From Octopus vulgaris (Eukaryota), in NCBI GenBank assembly GCA_951406725.2, contig OX597819.1:103726001-103790000 (forward strand): a stretch of DNA of 64,000 nt. Direction: 5' to 3'. The notes beneath the pieces are model-generated. The model was not told the origin of the DNA and made no database searches. It saw only the letters and a program-made list of their open reading frames with translations. Shown here piece by piece: positions 1-13,801 of the stretch. A program made the translations under genes and the position numbers. The stretch's first letter is position 1; each line of letters begins with the position of its first letter.

Positions 1-383
1 CGTCTGATAATGGTATACCAGGTACATGCATCACAACCATATGTGCACGACATGGTGATGTCATATCAAGATAAACAGTACATGACCTTGCAGGTGGGAC
101 CCAGTTAGAATTTTCTTCTGGTCGAGGAGCCCATCCCGCTCAAAAGGTCCCTGAATAAAGATTGTTTAAGGATGTTGAACGAAGCACCCATGTTTCCAAA
201 GGTGAATTATCCAAACCTCTAAGAATTCCTTTCAACACAAGGCTATGATACTCCCCCACTACTTCTGCTCATGATCAGAGCTGCACATATTGTCAGCCAC
301 TAAGGGACATGGTCAACTGGTTACGGTCAAACAACTGACAAGCAAATCTGTGGTATTGAGCAGAATATCTGCTGTAGCCCATC

Positions 384-386
<3 letters not shown>
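1..386. repeat. Unclassified interspersed repeat, copy 1 (truncated by window start)
   Basis: Aligns by eye with 33952-34237 (gtataccagg-acatgcatcacaaccatatgtg ... ggctatgatactcccc-actacttctgctc); followed by (ATT)n. No convincing protein motif in the frames I translated. Confidence 0.75.
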
Positions 387-418
<32 letters not shown>

Positions 419-420
<2 letters not shown>

Positions 421-559
421 AGGTTGTCCCAAAAGTTCGTAGAAAGTCTTGGAAAATAATGGTCTTTATTTTGAGGAATAATTTTTGTTATTTTTGTTAG
501 TATTTGACGAGTAAAAATTCAATTTTCGCAAGTGTTTACGAACTTTTGGGACAATCTAA
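419..559. mobile_element. Tc1/mariner-type MITE (~140 bp)
   Basis: TIRs aggttgtcccaaaagttcgta (421-441) and tacgaacttttgggacaatct (537-557), 1 mismatch; TA at 417-418 and 560-561. Confidence 0.75.
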
Positions 560-563
560 TATT

Positions 564-808
564 GAGGTCACTGCGTGGAATCGAACTCGGAATCTTGGGG
601 TTAGTAGCCCGCGTTCTCAGCCATTACGCCATATTCCCGTGGGCATATGGCGTAGTGGTTAAGAGCGCGGTTATGACACCTGATGAAGTCTAGAGGGTAT
701 ATCAGCGGAGACCTTGTGTTAAAAGCAAAGAAGATGAGGACAAATATCCGTCAAATATAAATAATGTAAACAATGTACATAATACCTTATCTCTTAAATA
801 TAGAACTG
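564..808. mobile_element. Fold-back tRNA-like head joined to a hammerhead-bearing repeat (family also at 24415-24575)
   Basis: Minus strand 564-634 has an A box (TGGCGTAATGG) and a B box (GAGTTCGATTCC). 609-634 is mirrored at 645-670. Then gacacctgatgaag... and the tail gatgaggacaaatatccgtc...aaatatagaac, shared with 24444-24575. Confidence 0.6.
675..720 (+). ncRNA. Degenerate type I hammerhead ribozyme
   Basis: GACAC-CTGATGA-agtctagagggtatatcagcg-GAGAC-ctt-GTGTT; stem I intact, stem II and GAAA mutated relative to the 24444 copy. Confidence 0.45.
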
Positions 809-1214
809 TTTTGTTGTTGTTGTGGTTACTGCTATTGTTATTGTTGTTGTTGTCATGTAACGAATAATTATGGCGCCGAACAATACTTAAAAATAAAGGT
901 AAAGAATTAGACAGTGAATGAGACGTTGGTGAACTTCATATATATGCGTGTGTTTCACAGTGATTGAGGTCGATCAAGTAATCCCGTAAATGGCGGTATT
1001 CCTAGCATTGATTAGAAGAGTGAGAGCAAAGCGAATCTAATTTATTTACCAAGTGTGAAACATCTCCGTAGATTTTTACTGACATGATTAAGTAAGTTTT
1101 TTCTAGGTTTTCTTATATTTTTACACCGTTTTTACTCACTTTTGTTTCATGCTGTTTCTTGCTTTTGCGTTAGTTTGCAATTGAAATGCATATGTTCGTA
1201 TGTGTCTGCGTATG

Positions 1215-1278
<64 letters not shown>

Positions 1279-1533
1279 TATACACATATATACATGGATA
1301 TACATATATAGACATATATATATATATATGTGTATATATATGCACACACACGTGTGTGTATGTATATATGTGTGTGTGTGTCTATGTATATATGTTTGTA
1401 TGTATATGTGTGCATGTATATGTGGATGCGTATATACACATACGTACAAATACCAACACACATGCCCACATACATTTCAACAGAGTAACGTAGGGTATGT
1501 GTGTGCTAGCTTGTGGATGTCTGTTTATGTATG

Positions 1534-1571
<38 letters not shown>

Positions 1572-1673
1572 AGAGTAAGCACATAAATGTGAAACAAAGT
1601 GGAAAAAATAGTACTCGAACACCAGAGAGGGAGAGAAAGAGAGATAGAGAGAGACATATATATACATATATAC

Positions 1674-1712
<39 letters not shown>

Positions 1713-2774
1713 CACAACAAACATACATACATGCATGCATACATACATGCATACATACATACATACATACATACATACATACATACATACATACATACAT
1801 ACATACATACATACATACATACACGCATACACACATGAATACGTACTATCCATGTCTATGGTAAACTGTTACGTACTTATTTTAACTGCAGTTGCTGTCA
1901 CTGTCTCAAAAGCCACATTTCCCACTCAATATGGCTACCGAAACGACGGACATGTTTCTGTCTTTTATTTTTCTTTTTGTTTTCTTTGATTTTCTTTTCC
2001 GTCTAAATGTTTTTGTTCTTGATTTAATTTTCTTGATGCTTCTGCTCTTGTCATTGTCTTCCTTAATGCAGTTCTTGTTGTTGCTGCCGTAATCGTTGTT
2101 GTTTTGTGCGTTTCATGTCTTGTTGGACGTTGCTTTTTTTTTTTTATTCTTATCCCATTGGTGATTGTCGTAGTAATTATTGTTGTATATTTTAGGTCAT
2201 TTTTTTTATTTCTTTATTTTATATTTTGACTTTCATGTGCTTCTTTACTACATTACTTTGAGTTTCACTTAATTTTTTCTCGTTTTCTCCTGTTTATTTT
2301 GTATTTTTCCGTTCGTTTATCGTTGTGTCTTCTTTTTTTTACTTTTTACATAATATATTTACTCTTGATTTCGTTCGCTCCATTCACATATGTCAGCCTT
2401 TGGCTTCTTTTCCTAATATCTCATGTCTCTCGTGTCCTTTTATCATCTTCTACTTCCATCCTCTGCTCTCTATTTGACTTTAGCGTTACCCTTCTCTCTA
2501 ACTCTCCAGTCAGTTCATTTTTCTCTTCTATCAACTCATCTTTCCGTATTTTTTTCTCCATAGTTTTCATCGAGTCTTTCATCTTTGTTTTCCCCGTCCT
2601 CTTTGTTTCATCTATCGCTTTCGTAATTTATCTTCCTCTGCCTACCAATATTTTTCTGTCACTCTCTCTCTCCCTTATATTTTCTCATCTACACCCTCCC
2701 ACTCCCCTTCTCTCAAAATACAATCTCTCTCTTTCTGTATCTCTCTCTTACTCTCTCTCTCCTCTCTCTCTCTT

Positions 2775-2822
<48 letters not shown>

Positions 2823-2889
2823 ATTATCAAGTTCACTCCTGAGCCTCGTTATTCCGAATTCCATAGTCCTGTTGATTGACATTTTGATC

Positions 2890-3530
2890 AAGTGTCTTCC
2901 ATCATAATCTCGGGATTAGGTCGATCTGGACTGTACAGAAGCCAGCCAAATATTTGTGTATGCGAGAATATGAGTATTTTTCTCACGTACTCCACAAAAC
3001 TGGATGGTATTCACCCAGCAGCGCAATTCTTGTAGGCTATTAACTCTTATACAAAAGAATGCCTTCAAATTTCACAAGGTCCTGAAGATTTCTAGTTCCC
3101 AACCAACAACCTTCGTAAAAAGAATCAGCACCAGATTTATGGAGTCAACTTTTTTACTTCTAAACAAGGATGTCTGTGTAAGCAGTGTCCTACTAGAGAC
3201 AGGCTCCACTTTCGTTCCGCACTTTGCATCCAACTCCTTACTACGCACCGCTGGTTAGTCCCCTCCTTTAAATCTAACCCCTTTGACTCCAACATGATCA
3301 TTTTTCTACAAACATGCACGCCAAATTCGGAAATTCTATTCCTTAAAACAAGCAATGCCACCGGTGATGACGCCATCCCTTTCGTTACATTGAAGCATTG
3401 CTCCCCAAAACTTGCTGCTATACCCACAAAACTTAAATTTCTTACTCTGTATGGACATATACTCCTACATATTTATGTTTCAATCTGTTCAGTTCCAAGA
3501 AATGCAACACCTGACCCAATCAAACATCGT
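2890..3530 (+). mobile_element. CR1/L2-like LINE ORF2 fragment (start of RT domain), degenerate
   Basis: ORF 3294-3665 contains LKTSNATGDDAIPFVTLKHCSPKLAAIPTKL...SVPRN, matching the CR1-group KAxGPDxIPxxxLKxCxPxLAxxLxKLF...PVPK motif. Confidence 0.7.
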
Positions 3531-3586
3531 TTTACATTTCTCACAACATCTTTCTCTCTCTCTATCTCTATCTCTTTTTTCTCTCC

Positions 3587-3618
<32 letters not shown>

Positions 3619-3689
3619 CTCTCTATCTATCTATCTCCAGTAATCATCACTATTGCTTCTATTGAGCCACATCCTCCGGAGACCTACTC

Positions 3690-5090
3690 TCTTAGCCCAG
3701 ACACGAATGGGCTATCGCTTCAGAAAAGATTGTTGACGTTATCTTCAAACGCCGATAGAACTCTTCCGCTCTCTAACTTTGAAGGGACACCCATTAGGAG
3801 TTCGAGCTTCTGTAACAGTAGCTTCAGAGCCAAAAGATTTAAAAGAAATGAAAGGGCATACTACTGACAGTGCATGCGCCTGATATGCAATGTTTCTGAA
3901 AGATTAGCGTTCACTCTGACTATCTAGCTAGCAAATGCAACAGTGTTACTGCTATACTTGTCGCTTATAGGACCAAGAAGCAATAGCCCTTAACTGATCA
4001 ATACTGACCAACACCTTACCAAAACTTCGTTTGTTTTCCACCTTTTCTCTGATGTATGCAAGAGATGAAGGCTACCGTAGATGGATGATCACACAGGACT
4101 GGAATTTCTTAACCAACCTGCATGACAACAGCAACCAGTTTTGCAAATACTTTGAGCAAAATCTTAAATACTGCCTTGAACAGGTCTGCAATTATTTATA
4201 ATATCCTCTTTTTTTGGTGTCTTTCCTGGGCAGCATTAGGGCTCTGCAGTTCACAGAATGAGAATTCTACGTTTCTGCTGATAATTGCAGTAGACATCTC
4301 TTGAAAGATTGTGAAACATATAACCATAAATCTCTTTGAGTAGATCATGCAAATTGGGTATTTCCCCCTTTCCAACGGCTCTCTAACTTTTGTATCTTAA
4401 TGTTGTTATTGGCCATTTGCCGAGAACGATCTCGAATGAATTACGTATCCCGAAAGGTCGAGAAAAGTGCTACATGGTGACCTTTTTACAACGCCGTGCC
4501 CCTCAACCCAGATTCATTGAACAGCTTTCAATTCTTCTTGTTTTATAGCACAAATCCGTGTTATGACTACATCGTCTTCATAATAAGTGTTAGGTTAATG
4601 GCGGGAAGCCATTCCTATGCCTGCACATCTGTCGCCATCGCGAAGAGGCATTTTATAACGCCTCTTCTATCTTGCTAGGTATCTCCCCATCAAATCTATT
4701 TCCCTCTGGTACTAAACACTATTGACTCATAGCTGCTCATCTTCTACTGGGTACCCCACCACTAGTTAAAGAATACTACTCCCATTAGTTGCGGCTTGTC
4801 AAGCTCACTAACACTATCCCGATGAACAGTGAGCCAGGAATGATGCGTGAGACCTATCTAAGTTGACCGTGCAGGCCACAAATTTAGGATTTGTCAAGCT
4901 AACTAGTTTAAATTGTGGCCACTAGCTAAGTAGACTTTTGAATCTTTTGTACTCCTTCTTCAATAGCTTAACCTTACACTCTCCTACCGTGCATCCACTA
5001 GTATGGGAAAGCTTTGCCAAGAAAGTTTCTAGATTTCTAAAGAAATTTGACCGTCCTGATCCGGAAGACATATAAGCAGCTTTGAGGCTA
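3690..5090 (-). mobile_element. Tx1/L1-clade LINE ORF2 remnant (endonuclease end to RT), heavily degenerate
   Basis: Minus-strand translation across frameshifts: PQFKLVSLT.PKFVACT (APE end), RDVYCNYQQK, NCRP..FKILLKVFAK, YIREKV..FGKVLVSIDQ, VRVNANLSETLHI..LSFLLNLLALKLLLQKL..VLSAFEDNV (decayed SAYADDV). Confidence 0.7.
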
Positions 5091-5109
5091 GCAAACTTGT
5101 AGAGATGGC

Positions 5110-5365
5110 GCTAGTCAATTCCATCGATCTCCACATTTGAATGGTGCATTATTTTATCAACTTCGGAGGTACGAATGATAAAGTCGACCTCCGTACGATT
5201 TAAACTCAGAACATAAAGACAAGAACGATAAGCTGCAAAGCAGTTTCCTGGACTTTCTGATGGTTCTGTCTACCGCCCTAAACTGTCTCTGTAGGAATGA
5301 AAAGCCAGAAATTTTCAGGTAAATTTAATCGATACCATCGACCCTAGTACGCGACTGGTATTTTA
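5110..5365 (-). mobile_element. SINE family A, degenerate
   Basis: ataaagtcgacctccgtacgatttaaactcagaac matches the family A core aaagtcgacctcggcggaatttgaactcagaac. Confidence 0.6.
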
Positions 5366-6187
5366 TAAACATCTGTGATAAACCATGAGATGTACTTTTC
5401 TCTCGGCCATTATGAAGATCCGAGAATTATGCATTGGAATAATGTGAGTAATAATAATGTTTTTATCGTCGCCATTACATTATTAGTTAACATCAACTTT
5501 TATATAAAAACCTAATAAAATATTGTAGAAGTTTTAACAGAGTATTCATAAAACTACTTAATGCAATTGTCTATTGACATGCAATTGCATAACCAATTTT
5601 AACAATAATAATTGCAGATAAATATGTGAATCTGCAATCAAGATTTAGCAGTTAGATATTCTGTAACAACTGCTCATAAATATTTTCCACTTCATTGCAT
5701 ATAAATGCGATATATTTTTGGTCCAAGTGGTTGATTTCCTTAACTGTACATGTATTAACGTTTGTTCTCTCTTCTGCAGAATAATATCCGGGTTATCAGG
5801 TTTACAGATAACAAAGTGTTAATTAGAATGCTGCATCATTATTTTCCCTAAAACTTCTGATTTATTCCATGACATATATTTTTTTTCATACTTCAACATG
5901 GAAACTTTTTTCCGCTCCTCATATATCATATGTCATAGAAGAGTGGGAACGGTGTGGTAGATAGGTTTTCAGTTCAGTTAGTTTTTGTTATCTTTTGAAA
6001 TCGCAAACCAGCTAACACCAACCCACCTCTCTCCCTCCTTTTTTCTCTGAAAAATATGCGAATGTGATAAGTTTACATATACATTATATATATACATACA
6101 TATATATATGCATACTTACATACATACATACAAACATACATACGTACATACATACATACATGTATACATACATGCATGCTTATATGA

Positions 6188-6792
6188 ATACGTGGTCTGA
6201 TCAATAAGTGTCCGCACTGTTGCCATCGTAACGAAGCTAAGGCACGCAGAGTAAAACCCCTTACCACAGATTGGTTTAAAACACTGTTGTGCATGCGCAC
6301 TAAGTTTTAACTTTCTAATTCACTTCCGCTGTTTATAACAGTGCTTGAAAGTAACGTGTATAACGTGTGATCGTTGCATTGACCATGAGAAAGTTGAGAG
6401 AGAATCTACATCAAATTTTGCCAAAAGCTTGGTGATACCTGCTCGGAGGCCTACGTAAAGTTTTCAAAACTTTTCATTGATCTCAACACAGTCAATGAGA
6501 TCTTATGCTACTAAAACTCCAGTATCATTTTGGTCAGTTGAAAGTAGTTTGGGCTCAAACTTGGCAGACACTAATCTCATACCGAAATCTTCAGGGATAA
6601 TGAACTGAACTGAATCGCAACATATCTGCATATCCTCTGATAACTCACGGTTGGTGATTTGACGATTCCCCCTCACAGTTGCACGCACATCTGCGATGTT
6701 TTTCTCAGTTCTGCTGGTTGCAGGTCTCCCAGAAAGCTCATCAATATCGACATTTTTTCGGCCAACTTGGAAATGTCTGAACCACTCGTACA
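6188..6792. mobile_element. Mariner transposon remnant with internally inverted transposase N-terminus
   Basis: Left end tacgtggtctgatcaataagt. Plus strand 6401-6460 = RIYIKFCQKLGDTCSEAYVK. Minus strand 6503-6790 = YEWFRHFQVGRKNVDIDELSGRPATS..VRGNRQIT.REL..GMRLVSAKFEPKLL (mariner HTH, GRP and WVP-like motifs). Confidence 0.8.
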
Positions 6793-8424
6793 TGCTCACT
6801 CTCACACATACACATACACAAATGTATGCAAACGTATATACAAAGACACACGTGTGCGTGTGGGACTGACTATATATACTTAGAGCTGAACACAGCGCTC
6901 AAAAATTAAATAAATAAAATATTATTTTTGGAAATTAACGAATGTGCGAGTTCAAGCGAACGAATGCGAAACTATCTTATGCAGAATACTTAAATTTGTG
7001 AACTTGAAATATTCAATAATGAAAGGAAACTCAGAAAGTAAATTTCTCTGAAGACTTCAATTTATAAAAAGACCTCACTTGCTTAGTAAATATTTCTTTC
7101 AGTAATTTATCGTAGGTGTAATATATCTGTAATTTTAAGAAACTTCAAGGTAACCCGAGCACATTTAGCGTGCTAAAAATAACAGCAATCACGTAGTTAT
7201 TAGGGATACAGTTATTATGCTTATAGCGTTCCAAACGAAATCACTTCTGAATTTTTTTAATTATACCAATATATTATATAACGGAAGCCTCAAAGTTATA
7301 CAGCTATTGTGTCTAATAGCATTCGTTCATCCAATAAATAAGTTTTTTACACTACCTATATAGAATAAACTGTGGATTTTGCAAATAGCGAATTAAAACT
7401 TGAAATGGAAACATTAAAATGAATATGTATTAACTTATCGTTAATGAAAATAGAGCCTAGGGAAAGTAAGAGACCGTTGCAAAAGAAAACGTAAAATTTC
7501 GCCTGCAACGAGTTCATATCGTTTATGAAGTCTACTCCGCAGTGAATGCAGCAAATATTCAAATTAGAGAAAATCTTCTAGTTCAAATATTCAATAAACT
7601 TCAGAAATCGAAATTACAGGAAATTTCTTGGAACATGAATTTATAAAAAAATGTCCAGATCCTCAAGCCTTTAATAATTGCTTTCTTATAGTAACTGTTA
7701 CATACCTAATTAATAAGCAGCTTTCTCCATTATGTTATAGATAGTAGAAAGCACACATTCCATTAATTTATTTTCCATGCTGTAATTATTTTTCAACTAT
7801 AAGAAACACTTCCCTTCATGTATTGCTTATTATATAAATCTCTATTTGAATCATGATGGCGAATTTTTAAAAGAGTGAGATAGTGCAATACAGGTCTACC
7901 ATTGACAAGAAGTTACTTCATAATAGATATGCAAAATGTAACAATATTAAAGGTATATATTATATGCATCTTTTCCCTTATATTTTCTCTTAAATTTTCA
8001 AGTACAAATATGTAATCCCGCCAAATTTGATGAAAGAATGATTTTCTCGCGTGTAATAAGTCTTCTCTAGGTGACAACACGTTTCCTTCAAGTGCTTCTC
8101 TGAATTTGGTAAGTTTGTTGGGGCCTATATCCTCTTACGGGCAGATTGTAGCTGCCGTTGGCTCTCACAGTCACACTAGTTTACTTTTAATTCTGTTGTG
8201 TGCTTACACCTCCTTCGCGCAGTGTAAACACAGTAAAGTGATCCAGTTTATTGTTGATCACTTGATTAAAATACTTATTTGTAAGCCTGGTAGATACTTA
8301 TTCTATCGGGCAAATAAACAAACCAACAAGCGTTGGTGGGGACAAACACAAAGACAATGATACACAAACACACATGCTCACATACACACACATATCTACA
8401 CTCGCATATATGTACATACACACA

Positions 8425-8427
<3 letters not shown>

Positions 8428-8462
<35 letters not shown>

Positions 8463-8493
8463 AAACTAAATAAGGAAAATATATGTGTATATA

Positions 8494-8549
<56 letters not shown>

Positions 8550-8580
8550 AAACTAAATAAGGAAAATATATGTGTATATA

Positions 8581-8641
<61 letters not shown>
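8428..8641. repeat. Tandem duplication of (TA)n plus agaaactaaataaggaaaatatatgtg unit
   Basis: Identical ~40-bp unique spacer at ~8461 and ~8548, each embedded in TA repeats. Confidence 0.8.
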
Positions 8642-8647
<6 letters not shown>

Positions 8648-8830
8648 ACGCCTAACTTCTATCAGTTTCCGACTTCCACATCAACTCACAAAGCTCTTGT
8701 CAGCCAATTTCTATAGTAGAATATGTTTATGTGCCTTGGAATGTACTGACCCCAAGACGACACGTTAAAAAGCAACTTTCTTAATCACGCACACCCGACC
8801 ATATATATATATATATATATATATATACAC

Positions 8831-8875
<45 letters not shown>

Positions 8876-9007
8876 CATATAACTGTACGTGCATGAGTGC
8901 GCTTTCGTGTGTGTGTGTGTGTGTGTGTCACAATGTTGCTATCGGTCTCTCCCTCACTATTTATCTCCATAACAGTACACACACATTCTCTCATACATAT
9001 TGATGTA

Positions 9008-9050
<43 letters not shown>

Positions 9051-9199
9051 ATGTATGTATGTGTGTGTGTGTGTGTACGAACGCATGCATGGATATATGC
9101 GTGAATATATGTATGTTCAATTCTGGAATCTCTACGTAGCGATGTTCACTATCATTGTAATGAAAAAGTAATAGATAAAGAAGTAAAGATAGTCACAGG

Positions 9200-9294
<95 letters not shown>

Positions 9295-10362
9295 GGATGG
9301 ATAGATACACTGAGAGAGAGTAAAAAAAAAGACAGAGAGGCGAGGATTTTGTTGTTTAGTAAAACACAGAAAAACAAAAACTAATATACGGACTAAACAC
9401 AAACGAAAACAATGAACTAGACGGTGAGTGACGAAGAAAATCAAATGAATAAAAAAAATTATAAATATTCTCCTAAAGAAGGTTTCCCAGACAAAATGGC
9501 GGTATCGGAGTTAAATACTTCTACTTTCATTTTCTAAGGAATACGTTAACATTGATTGCATTTGCTGTCATTGCATACTAAATTTTACTTAGCAGTCCTT
9601 CGTACACACCTCTATATCTCCTCTGTGGCTTTGTCTATTTAGATATCATTTTGTATTAACGATGTCCGTTGTTAGTATGTGAGAGTGTGGTAAGTATCAC
9701 CGGTTAGGTGTGTGGATGCCTATAAGGTGTTAATGGAGGGGAATTGCTTTGGATTTCTTCGTTTCAATTATATATTTACACCGGGATACTTACATTCTTA
9801 TAGAAGCACGCATACGTGTATGTATGCACGCGTGTGTGTGCGTGCGTGTGTGCGTAATTACAGATATATATATATACTCATAAAAACACACATAAATATA
9901 CACAAGCGTATGTGTTTGAGTGAGCGCATTCTCGTGCGCACTCACGCAAACAGAATTCAATAGAACGTACTCATGTTTGTTTGTTTTCCCATACATATAT
10001 ACAAACCACAAATATACAAATACACACATATATATATGCCTATCTACAAAGTACATACATTTATACATGCATATATTCATGCATGCATATATTCATGCAT
10101 GCATTCATTCACACACACATATGTAAAATTGCACATATATATATATATATTACAATTACATAAGCATGCATGCAGTTATGCATAGGCACATATAGATACA
10201 AGCATACATGCATGCATACATAAATACTTACATACTTTCTAAGACAGAAGAATTCAGAAAAAAAGGAACTAGTCACAGAGATAAGGGGAGATGGTAAGTG
10301 ATGATGATGATGATGATGATGATGATGAGGATGATGATGATGAGGATGAGGATGAGGATGGG

Positions 10363-10395
<33 letters not shown>

Positions 10396-10406
10396 GTTGG
10401 TGGTGG

Positions 10407-10446
<40 letters not shown>

Positions 10447-10861
10447 GATGATGGTGAATGTTGTTGATGCTGATGCCGTTGATCAGAAGAATAATGAAAC
10501 GTACAAGATATGAGGAAGATTAGAGGGTGAGGAGCGACTGGTGTGGACCACTAAACAATAAATAGTAATGAAACACAAAACCAAAACTTACCATTCTGGA
10601 ATGGAGAAGGGTGTTCACTGCTTACATATAAACCATTCCTTATTTGCAATAATAGTAAGATATTTAATGTTTCTACATTTTCGATCTGAACAATTGATTT
10701 TCCTATAAGACCTGTCAGTATGTCTATCAATCACACAAACTGAATGACGAATTCAAAGTTTTTTCTTCATTTCTGTATGCACAAAAGGTATATAACTCTG
10801 AGTGTATGCGTGTGTCTGTATGTTTATTCGTGTATGCCTCTGTGTTTGTGTAAGCATGCTC

Positions 10862-10906
<45 letters not shown>

Positions 10907-11009
10907 CATGAATACAAACATGCATCCATACGTATATGTATATCTATATCTATACATACACACACACATACACACATGTACACACATACATATATATATG
11001 TGTATGTGC

Positions 11010-11067
<58 letters not shown>

Positions 11068-11382
11068 ACACACATAAACATACATATGTGGGAATACAGC
11101 AAGAGAGAGATAGAGATGTAGATAAACTGAGAAATAGAAAGAACTACACATAGATGATTCAAGTGTTATAAAGAGATAAGTGTACTATATTTACATGTAT
11201 ATGCACACAGAGACCCACATCGCTCACAAGCACACACGCGTCCATATGTGTATATGTATATACATTTCTTACTAAAAGTTTATGGTAGCTATATAATCCA
11301 ATCACACAAGGGACGTTATACAAATAGAGATTTTCTGCATACACACACTTGTTTTAGCTAATATGAAATGACCGTAAAAGCA

Positions 11383-11700
11383 GCTAATATCGATTTCAAA
11401 TGTTGGTACAAGCCCATCAATTTCAAGGAAGTGCGCAACTGGTACTAATTTTAGCGACTGCGAAAAGCTGAAAGGCAAAGTCAAATCTCGGTTGAATTCG
11501 AACCGAGAATGTAAAGACGGACGAAATGCCGGTAACAATTTTAACCGACATGCTAACGATTCTGCTGCCTTAAACGTAGTTAATATTTTTTTCTACTCAA
11601 GGCATAAGGCCCGACATTTTGGGGAAGGTTCCAGTCGATTAGATCGACCCCACCATGCAACTGGTACTTAATTTATCGACCCCGAAAGGATGAAAGAGAA
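11383..11700 (-). mobile_element. SINE family A, two adjacent fragments
   Basis: gaaaggcaaagtcaaatctcggttgaattcgaacc...gctaacgattctgc and caactggtacttaatttatcgaccccgaaaggatgaaa. Confidence 0.75.
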
Positions 11701-11812
11701 AGCTATAAAATGTCCGATGCACTCTCAGCTTTGGATGTATGCTTACTTATAGCGTTAGTAGCTGTATGCTAATGAAATTATGGAACTTCTGTTCTTTCGT
11801 CATTTACTGCGT

Positions 11813-11852
<40 letters not shown>

Positions 11853-11861
11853 AACACACAC

Positions 11862-11898
<37 letters not shown>

Positions 11899-12056
11899 AC
11901 ATGAAAATAAGTATATGTATTGATGGAAAACCTATATAAATGGCTGATGATTGCTCAACATTTTAAAACTGTTGTAATACTTACAATGTTTAATAAAATG
12001 CTGTAGCGTGAAACGATCGTACCAAATTACCGAAGATATTCTTGTTGCTTATTTTG

Positions 12057-12134
<78 letters not shown>

Positions 12135-12166
12135 CATATATATATATGTATATATATTTATATATA

Positions 12167-12440
12167 TTGAGAAAATATTGCAGTGGGAATTTTGAATGAT
12201 CCTTTATTAGCCCTTTCGTTCGGTTTTCGAACTCGTCAAGATAAAATTGAAATCAAAATGAGAAAAGCAGAACGTTTCGTTGTTCATTTATGTGAAGCGG
12301 ATTTTTTTCTTTTTGCAAAAAGGCCTCCGATTCATATAAATGAATAACTAAATGTTCTGTTTTTGCCATTTTGGTCTTGATTTTGGCTTGACGAGTTCGA
12401 AAAACAAACCAAAGCACTAGTAAACTCCATTTCCTCAGTA
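12167..12440. mobile_element. Imperfect palindromic (fold-back) element in (TA)n
   Basis: Arms include ttttcgaactcgtcaag / cttgacgagttcgaaaa and cagaacgtttcgttgttcatttatgtgaa / ttcatataaatgaataactaaatgttctg around a central ctttttgcaaaaag. Confidence 0.7.
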
Positions 12441-12658
12441 TATATAAAATAAAGATATATACATATATATGTATATATATATATATATTTATCTATCTAT
12501 CTATATATATATATATTCAACAATAATATTAAGGAATAATTCTTAATATTATTGTTGAATGTATATTATATAGCCTGCTGACTATTTTTTCTTTCTCACT
12601 AGACCGCTAGTGGCGAAAAAAATTTCTATTGAATTTTGTGCTACCCTTATATTGATTA

Positions 12659-12777
<119 letters not shown>

Positions 12778-13260
12778 AAGGGCAAACAAGTACGTTACAA
12801 GTCGCCTACTTACGAATTTGTTTGCTCTTGATGTGTATCTATACAATAATTTATAACTTGATTAATGTTACCTTAACCGATTGATTGCATGCTAACTACC
12901 TGATAAAACCTTAAGATTTTATATATATATATATATATATAATATATATATATATATATAAAGATATATATATATACATATATATGAATAGATAGATAGA
13001 TAGATATTTTCATGTTAATTCCACCATCTACTCCGGTCAGTTACCAACGGCGATGGTGATGACAATGACATGGATTCCTACAACCACAAACAACGAATGA
13101 TAACGATGACAGCGACACAAACAATTAGAAAAAGAATGACAGCAACAAAAGAAATAACAGAAACTGCAACAGCAACAATAAATACTGCAATAAGCACAAC
13201 ACCAGCTGCTACTACTACTACTACTACCACTACTACTGCTACTGCTACTACTACTACTAT

Positions 13261-13317
<57 letters not shown>

Positions 13318-13742
13318 AGTAAAATTAATAATAATTTCAATAAATGCAATAACACCGCCACCACAACAACAGCGGTAATAACCTCAATTTTAACAACAAT
13401 AATTACAACAAATTCAATAAATGAATCTGCAACAATAGTTACAAATACATTAACAACAGCAATAACAACAACAACAATACTGCCCTTCAGTAAATTTATT
13501 TGAAATTTCCTCCGCTGATTTCATGAAAGTCTTTGTAAAAGCTCTACGGGAACGCAATTTCCTGTTGATTTCATTCAGTAACAAATTTGTATTAACAGAG
13601 AGATTCTTTGAAAGTTATGTCCTCCTTCTGCCTTTAAGACAAACGATGACCACATGGGTGACAGCAGGCGAAATACTGTGATATATAGGGTTGAAATGGA
13701 GCAGATTTGGGGTGTCGTAGTGTTCGGTCGGTAACTCTGTGT

Positions 13743-13801
<59 letters not shown>

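Noticed and set aside
5761-5800. Splice-acceptor-like tctcttctgcag
   Set aside because: No convincing donor or coding frame follows; cannot be supported without transcripts.
6238-6248. TAAGGCACGC match to the 5' end of miR-124
   Set aside because: Only about 10 nt match; it lies inside a mariner end and I see no precursor hairpin.
12387-12403. UUGACGA-GUUC-GAAA hammerhead-like core
   Set aside because: Stem II is too short to form and stems I and III do not pair.
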